From assembly GCA_037442025.1 (NCBI GenBank), contig JBBIRB010000010.1, positions 4,002 through 68,001 of the forward strand: 64,000 nt of DNA, in the 5' to 3' direction. Both the position numbers and the translations under genes were made by a program. How positions within the stretch are numbered: position 1 is the first letter of the stretch; every line of letters starts with the position of its first letter. Of the stretch, positions 58,390-64,000 are shown one piece after another. The notes under the pieces are model-generated. The model was not told the origin of the DNA, ran no database searches, and was given only the letters and a program-made list of their open reading frames with translations. The stretch is from Bacteroidales bacterium. Its GTDB lineage: Bacteria > Bacteroidota > Bacteroidia > Bacteroidales > Tenuifilaceae.

Positions 58390-59748
58390 TTAGTCGAAAT
58401 TTAACCCTAACTTCTCAATTCGCGATTTCAGGGTCGATGCTGGTATACTCAGAATTTGGGCTGCCTTAGCTTTATTTCCCCCCGACCGCATAAGGGCATC
58501 GCGAATCGCGTTAACTTCAACTTCTTTTAAAATTTCGTCGAGGGGTTTATTTTCGAAATAGAAGCAGGTGTGTGGTTTCCCGGGGAAGCGCACATCAATA
58601 GGGATGGTTGTTTTGTCTATTGCTCCATTTTTCGAGAGTAGTACCAGGCGCTCCATTAAATTTTTTATCTCCCTTACGTTTCCATGAAATGGGTACTGTT
58701 TTAAAATTTCAATCACTTCTGAATCGATGGTTATGGGAGTGCCGCCGGCAAACTCGCTGGCAAAGTGCTTTGCAAGCACTGCAATGTCGCCGGGCCGTTC
58801 GCGCAAAGGGGGAAGGTTGATTGGGAAAACATTTAGCCTGTAAAAAAGGTCCTCGCGAAATTTGCCTTCGGCAACCATATCCTTCAGGTTCTTTTTGGTC
58901 GACGCAATTACCCTCACATCTAACTTAATGGTTTCGGAGCCACCAACCCTTTCTATTTCGCCTTCTTCTAATGCCCTAAGGAGCTTAACCTGAAGGTCGT
59001 AAGGAATGTCGTCAATGTCGTCGAGGTAAAGTGTGCCCGAATGGGCCATTTCGAATCGACCAATTTTGGCCTTTTCGGCTCCGGTAAATGCCCCCTTTTC
59101 GTGGCCAAAAAGTTCGCTTTCGAATAATTCGCGCGACAGAATGGCGCAGCTAACTTTAATAAGGGGCTTGTGGCTTCGATTGCTATTAAAATGGATAATG
59201 TTGGTGAGCAACTCTTTACCGGTTCCGGTTTCACCAACAATAAGTACTGTTGTCGATTTGTCGGCAATAATTTTTACTAAATCGAAAACCTTATTGGTGG
59301 CTTCACTTAGGCCAATAAACGAGGTTAGGTCGAACTGTTTGCGAACCTGAAAACGTAGTTGGCGGTTTTCGTCTTTAACTTCCTTTATCTCTTTAATTCG
59401 GGCAATGGTAAGGAGCAGTTCGTCAATTTCGAAAGGTTTCGAAATGTAGTCGTAAGCCCCTAGCTTCATGGCCGATACTGCCGTTTGCACTGTAGCGTGG
59501 GCTGTCATTAGCAAAACAAAAATATCGGGATTAATTTTCTTTATGCGCGCCAGAAACTCGAGCCCATCCATATTGGGCATCTTTAGGTCGGTTATTACAA
59601 TGTCGACACTCGAATCGGTTTCGCTCAGGTGCTGAAGAGCCGCCTGTGCCGATGAGAACTCGCGAACATTGTAGCCCGCATCGCGCAGGTCGTCGGCAGT
59701 GGTTACGCGCACAATGCGCTCATCGTCAACAATTAGTATTTTTAGCAT
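58390..59748 (-). CDS. Sigma-54-dependent response regulator (NtrC family)
   Basis: It has a receiver domain (ILIVDDE...VITDLKMPNMDG), an AAA+ domain with VGETGTGKE and the GAFTGA loop (ESELFGHEKGAFTGA), and a C-terminal Fis-type HTH (GGNKAKAAQILSIPASTLKSRIEKL). Confidence 0.92.
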   Translation of the reverse strand: MLKILIVDDERIVRVTTADDLRDAGYNVREFSSAQAALQHLSETDSSVDIVITDLKMPNMDGLEFLARIKKINPDIFVLLMTAHATVQTAVSAMKLGAYDYISKPFEIDELLLTIARIKEIKEVKDENRQLRFQVRKQFDLTSFIGLSEATNKVFDLVKIIADKSTTVLIVGETGTGKELLTNIIHFNSNRSHKPLIKVSCAILSRELFESELFGHEKGAFTGAEKAKIGRFEMAHSGTLYLDDIDDIPYDLQVKLLRALEEGEIERVGGSETIKLDVRVIASTKKNLKDMVAEGKFREDLFYRLNVFPINLPPLRERPGDIAVLAKHFASEFAGGTPITIDSEVIEILKQYPFHGNVREIKNLMERLVLLSKNGAIDKTTIPIDVRFPGKPHTCFYFENKPLDEILKEVEVNAIRDALMRSGGNKAKAAQILSIPASTLKSRIEKLGLNFD

Positions 59749-59754
59749 GGTGCT

Positions 59755-61281
59755 TTAGTGTAGTTTTGGTAGGGAGATTATTGTGATAAATCCTCCCTTT
59801 GGAGCATTTTTTCCAGCAATTTGGCCCAAATGGTTCTGAATTATATTGAAACTAACTGCCATGCCCAAACCGGTTCCCTGTCGAATTTTTTTTAGAGTAA
59901 AAAACGGGTCGAATAGCGAGGCAACTTTGTCGTCGGGCATGCCAATGCCGTTGTCGGTAAACGAAATGCAAACTTCGGTGCTGTTTTGCTTTACGTTAAT
60001 TCGAATTAAACCCCAGTGATTAGGGGTACTCAACCTTTTTTCGTTAATGGCATCGATACTGTTCAGTATAATATTAACAAAAACCTGCTCCAAATGGTTT
60101 GGACTTCCTGAAATAAGAATTTTCGTTTGTTCGAAAGACTTTTCAATAGTAATTTTCGAACTCTCTAGCTGAAAGTTTGCAAGGGCCAACGAGTTTTCGA
60201 TGTGTTTTATTACATCCATTTCAACGAAAGTGAGCTCCTGTTTTCGCGAGAAGTTAAGCAGCCCCTCAACAACAACCTCAATTTTGCCAATAGCCTCCTT
60301 CATCATTTCAATGTACTCTTGGTTCTGCTTTATGTTTTCGGGTTTTTCGGCAATTCTTCGAAGGCAACTTCTAACTCCGGCAATGGGATTGTTAATTTCG
60401 TGCGCCAATCCTGCGGCAAGGGTTCCTACCGATGCCAATTTTTCGGTTTGTGAAAGCGACTCCTGAGTTTTTTTTAGTTCGGCGTAGGCCAATCGAAGGC
60501 GATTTAGCATTTGGCTAAAGGTAGAGTTTAGCACATCAATCTCATCGGTTAAATTGAATAAGTTTTTAATCCTATTGGCGTACGAATTGGTGATTGGGTT
60601 GGTTATGCCATCCTCATTGCTAAGCAGGTCGAAATTTACTCGCGAAGCCCGGTCGCTAATAGCCTTTACCGGACTAGAAATTATGAACGAAATAATTAAT
60701 GCCAAAGCAACCCCCAGGGCAAGTAATGCAAATACCATAAACAGGAAAAGGCGAGTTGTTTTCGATATTTCTTCGGAAAATGCATCCTCATTAAGCCCAA
60801 CTCTAACTGTACCTAATCTTTTGTCGAATATTGGGGTTGCAATGTCGCGTATGGTTCTCTTCCTTTGGAAGATATCGTGAATTAGTACAGTGCTTTTAAG
60901 TACGCTATCGGGTAAATTGTTGGCATTAATTATTTCGCGCGGTAAATAGTTCGAAAAGGTATGTGCTATAATTTCGTTCGTGTTCGAAAGTAAAAAAATG
61001 TACTCAACATCGGGGTTTGTCGATTTGGTTTGGATTAGCAACTTGTTAAGGGCTGCAATATCGTTGAAAAGCAACGGGTCAATGGCTGTCTCGGCAATCC
61101 CAATAGCTATGCTAATACCCTGTTTCTCTATTTGATTCTCGAAGGTTTTGTAAACTCTATTCCGAATAAACAACAGGTTTAGTGAACCAAAAAACAAAAC
61201 CATGGAGGTAATGGCAATGGTAAATTTCCAGAAAAGTGGAAGTTGTCTCGACTTGAAAAAACGCAACATTACAAGTTTCAT
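59755..61281 (-). CDS. Sensor histidine kinase (two TM segments, HAMP, HisKA, HATPase_c)
   Basis: H-box AAGLAHEINNP, N-box VFVNIILNSIDA and G-boxes DNGIGM and GTGLGMAV. It ends 6 nt upstream of the response regulator. Confidence 0.88.
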   Translation of the reverse strand: MKLVMLRFFKSRQLPLFWKFTIAITSMVLFFGSLNLLFIRNRVYKTFENQIEKQGISIAIGIAETAIDPLLFNDIAALNKLLIQTKSTNPDVEYIFLLSNTNEIIAHTFSNYLPREIINANNLPDSVLKSTVLIHDIFQRKRTIRDIATPIFDKRLGTVRVGLNEDAFSEEISKTTRLFLFMVFALLALGVALALIISFIISSPVKAISDRASRVNFDLLSNEDGITNPITNSYANRIKNLFNLTDEIDVLNSTFSQMLNRLRLAYAELKKTQESLSQTEKLASVGTLAAGLAHEINNPIAGVRSCLRRIAEKPENIKQNQEYIEMMKEAIGKIEVVVEGLLNFSRKQELTFVEMDVIKHIENSLALANFQLESSKITIEKSFEQTKILISGSPNHLEQVFVNIILNSIDAINEKRLSTPNHWGLIRINVKQNSTEVCISFTDNGIGMPDDKVASLFDPFFTLKKIRQGTGLGMAVSFNIIQNHLGQIAGKNAPKGGFITIISLPKLH

Positions 61282-61285
61282 TTAT

Positions 61286-62227
61286 TTACAGTTGACAAGC
61301 TTGCTGAACTGCTCGAACGTTTTCGTAATCCGATCCTTTAACCGCTACGTATTTGTCTATAATTAACCCTTTTAAAATGGCCATCCCTTCGTTGTTTTGG
61401 TTCAAATTTAGTAGTAAAGTTAAAAGTTCATTCTTCAGTTCGTTATCAATTCCCATCGATACTACAATAGGGGGCATGGCGTACCATTCCGATTTTTCGA
61501 TAATCCTTAGTGCCTTAAGAGTTTCAGGACTGTGCTTTAATTGGTAATCGTATATAAAGCTGTTTACGGTTGCAGCGTCTACAGTTTTTGTACGTACCAG
61601 CTCAATGGAATTGTCGTGTGCATTTGAAAAATATACATTCGAAAAAAAATCTTCGGCTGTTACTCCTAATTCGGTTAATTTTTTTTGAGGGTAAATCATT
61701 CCGGTTTTCGAGAGCGAATCGGTAAATGAGAATTTTTTCCCGCGTAAATCTGAGAACCTTTTAATTTCGGAGTCTTTATGAACAATTAGGTAGGCTCGGT
61801 ATTTCTTTTTGCCATTTCGAATCGGGGCAACAAGAGGAGTAAAGGCTGTGTCGCTATACCCATGCAAAAAAGCACCTGTGCAAATGAAAGCCAAATCTAC
61901 TTCGTTTTTTTTAAGCAGGTTATTAATTTCTTTATAAGTTTTTCTTTGAACCAGAACGATTTGTCTTCCCGTTTTGCTTTCAATATGGTTTAAAAGGGTG
62001 TTGTATTGTGTAAATGTTTTTCTTGGCGATGTCATCGACGAGATGGCAATACGCAACGTGTTTGGGTTCTGTTTTGTTAACGGACGAATATCCTCAACCC
62101 GAATGGTGTCAGTGAAATTTATTGAAACATGCCTGTTTGTCGACGAAGTATTTACACAGCCCTGAGCAATGTAAAAGACTAATACCAGCATTGCGAACCC
62201 CCTAAGGCATTTCCGATTGAGTCTCAT
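61286..62227 (-). CDS. PhnD-like periplasmic substrate-binding lipoprotein (sensor-associated)
   Basis: The 313-aa ORF has a lipoprotein-type signal (...VFYIAQGC). LRIAISSMTSPRKTFTQYNTLLNHIESKTGRQIVLVQRKTYKEINNLLKKNEVDLAFICTGAFL fits the phosphonate-bd (PhnD) fold pattern. It ends 4 nt upstream of the kinase gene. Confidence 0.65.
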   Translation of the reverse strand: MRLNRKCLRGFAMLVLVFYIAQGCVNTSSTNRHVSINFTDTIRVEDIRPLTKQNPNTLRIAISSMTSPRKTFTQYNTLLNHIESKTGRQIVLVQRKTYKEINNLLKKNEVDLAFICTGAFLHGYSDTAFTPLVAPIRNGKKKYRAYLIVHKDSEIKRFSDLRGKKFSFTDSLSKTGMIYPQKKLTELGVTAEDFFSNVYFSNAHDNSIELVRTKTVDAATVNSFIYDYQLKHSPETLKALRIIEKSEWYAMPPIVVSMGIDNELKNELLTLLLNLNQNNEGMAILKGLIIDKYVAVKGSDYENVRAVQQACQL

Positions 62228-62321
62228 TTTTCCTCAAGTATATTTAATACATAACAAAGCCTAAAAAGCAAAGTTTACATGCGTTTAAAAAATCAAAAAT
62301 GATTTGGGCTCTATTACCGAA

Positions 62322-63674
62322 TTATTCTGATGGATTGAATTCTAAAAGAACCCCCATAATAGTTTCATTGAATGTTCCATTTTCATACACAATCCTGCCA
62401 TTTACAATGGTATGGGTAACACGAGTGGTAAATGCGGCACCCTCAAAGGGCGACCAGCCACAGTGGTAAAGAATGTTGTTTTTATCTACCTCCCAACGGG
62501 AGTTTGGATTAATAAGTACCAAATCGGCATGGTATCCCCTTCGAATAAACCCGCGCTTTTCAATCCTGAAAAGTTTGGCGGGGGCATGGCACATCTTATC
62601 AACCACCATCTCTATTGGGAAAATTCCACGTTTGGCCATTTCAATTATGGAAATTAGCGAATGCTGAACCGATGGACCGCCCGAGGGACATGTTAAGTAG
62701 GGTTTACCTTTCTCTTCAAGAGTATGGGGCGCATGATCTGTTGCAACCACGTCTAGTTTGCCACTTTTAAGTCCTGCAATAAGCCCAAGCCTATCGGTTT
62801 CGGTTTTTATAGAAGGGTTCCATTTTATTCGCCAGCCCAACTTTTCATAATCCTTGTCGGAAAACCAAAGGTGATGAATGCAAACTTCACCTGTAATTTT
62901 CTTCATTTCGAGGGGCAGGGTATGGTCGAGTAGTTCCAATTCCTTTTGAGTTGAAATATGAAGAATATGCAGGCGAGCACCATTTTCTGTTGCCAGTTTT
63001 ACTGCCAATTTACTGCTTAAATAGCACGCCTCCTCGCTTCGTATTACTGAGTGAAGGTGTAGTGGAATGTTTTCGTTGAACTTTTGTTTTGCAAGGTTAA
63101 GATTTGATTGAATGGTTGCTTCGTCTTCGCAATGAGTGGCAACCAAAACGGGCGAATGCCTAAAAATTTGGTTCAACAATTCAATTTGGTCAATCAGCAT
63201 ATTTCCCGTTGACGAGCCCATGAATACTTTTACACCGCAAACCCTTTTGGGGTCAACTCTCCTAATTTCTTCAATGTTGTAGTTGGTTGCACCAAAGTAA
63301 AACGAAAAGTTTGCAAGCGAGGTTCTGCTTGCTATCTCAAACTTTTTATCGAGTTCTTCAATTGTTGTGGTTTGCGGGTTGGTGTTGGGCATTTCCATGT
63401 ACGAAGTTACGCCCCCAGCAACTGCTGCCTTAGCTTCGCTGTATATACTCCCTTTGTGTGTAAGCCCTGGTTCTCGAAAGTGAACGTGATCGTCAATAAC
63501 GCCAGGTATTAACAGGCGACCTCGAGCATCGATTATTCTATCGGCTTTAGGGGTGTTTATTGGTTGAGAAACCTCCCAAATATCTTCTATTATGCCATTT
63601 TTAACATGCACGCTACCTTCAAAGCGCCTTCCTTCGTTTATTATTTGTGCGTTGGTAATAAGTAGACTGCTCAC
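62322..63674 (-). CDS. pyrC: Dihydroorotase (amidohydrolase, long form)
   Basis: PGVIDDHVHFREPG is the HxH metal motif. NPQTT, VATHCEDE and ATDHAPH are also present. Confidence 0.85.
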   Translation of the reverse strand: MSSLLITNAQIINEGRRFEGSVHVKNGIIEDIWEVSQPINTPKADRIIDARGRLLIPGVIDDHVHFREPGLTHKGSIYSEAKAAVAGGVTSYMEMPNTNPQTTTIEELDKKFEIASRTSLANFSFYFGATNYNIEEIRRVDPKRVCGVKVFMGSSTGNMLIDQIELLNQIFRHSPVLVATHCEDEATIQSNLNLAKQKFNENIPLHLHSVIRSEEACYLSSKLAVKLATENGARLHILHISTQKELELLDHTLPLEMKKITGEVCIHHLWFSDKDYEKLGWRIKWNPSIKTETDRLGLIAGLKSGKLDVVATDHAPHTLEEKGKPYLTCPSGGPSVQHSLISIIEMAKRGIFPIEMVVDKMCHAPAKLFRIEKRGFIRRGYHADLVLINPNSRWEVDKNNILYHCGWSPFEGAAFTTRVTHTIVNGRIVYENGTFNETIMGVLLEFNPSE

Positions 63675-63692
63675 GGGATTTATTTTAATAGT

Positions 63693-64000
63693 TTATGCCA
63701 GATGTCTTTTGTAGTTTATAAAGAAACTTTTGAACTTCAGACCAATTACACCCCAGAAAGCTTCGTTAAAAATACCACCACTCATTTTCGATATCCCAAC
63801 CCTACGTTCAGTAAAAACAATGGGAACCTCTTTAATGTTGAAGCCCATCTTCCACGCAGTAAACTTCATTTCAATCTGAAAACCATAACCCTTCATTCGT
63901 ATCGAATCGAGGTTCATGCTTTCAAGAACAATGCGTTTGTAGCATTTAAAACCCGCAGTAGTATCCATTATTTTCATTCGGGTAATAAACCGAACATAAG
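63693..64000 (-). CDS. GT2-family polyprenol-phosphate glycosyltransferase, C-terminal part (5' end outside the window)
   Basis: The frame is open to the window edge. TAGFKCYKR...GYGFQIEMKF...EVPIVFTERRVGISKMS is typical of dolichol/polyprenol-phosphate mannosyl- and glucosyltransferases. Confidence 0.65.
   Translation of the reverse strand, partial: YVRFITRMKIMDTTAGFKCYKRIVLESMNLDSIRMKGYGFQIEMKFTAWKMGFNIKEVPIVFTERRVGISKMSGGIFNEAFWGVIGLKFKSFFINYKRHLA

Overview
This looks like a 64-kb chromosomal segment of a Bacteroidota-type genome. The evidence is a dcw cluster ordered mraZ-rsmH-ftsL-ftsI-murE-mraY-murD-ftsW-murG-murC-ftsQ-ftsA-ftsZ without murF/ddl, A-rich rather than Shine-Dalgarno translation starts, and many lipoproteins and beta-barrel proteins. 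Most of the window is core housekeeping: mfd, coaX, an lptC-containing envelope block, a PpiD-like chaperone, the complete dcw cluster on the minus strand (22.5-37.8 kb), a dcp-type M3 peptidase, a Fur-family regulator with katG, mnmA, fbp, aspartate kinase and pyrC. I recognised no rRNA, tRNA, CRISPR array, transposase or integrase. The leads worth a second look are: (1) at 1.5-3.4 kb, an ORF missing from the track that encodes a double-glycine-leader peptide, next to a single-pass TPR membrane protein and a receiver-less LytTR regulator, divergent from an ECF sigma/anti-sigma pair. I read this as a candidate peptide-sensing circuit. (2) A fused tandem double adenylate kinase at 38.4-39.5 kb. 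(3) An AmgK-like amino-sugar kinase fused to a RapZ C-terminal domain, in an operon with a 43-codon Cys4 ORF and a MurU-like uridylyltransferase (48.3-50.7 kb). (4) A PhnD-like binding protein, histidine kinase and sigma-54 activator module next to a YceI-porin-YceI operon that has a readable -24/-12 promoter and two tandem palindromic upstream sites (55.5-62.2 kb). (5) Single-nucleotide frameshifts splitting ftsL and katG. (6) A 10-bp-phased GTGGG/ATGGA repeat array upstream of mraZ. (7) A 540-bp intergenic region with nested hairpins at 47.4-47.9 kb. All functional calls come from reading motifs in the translations by eye. No database search was run.
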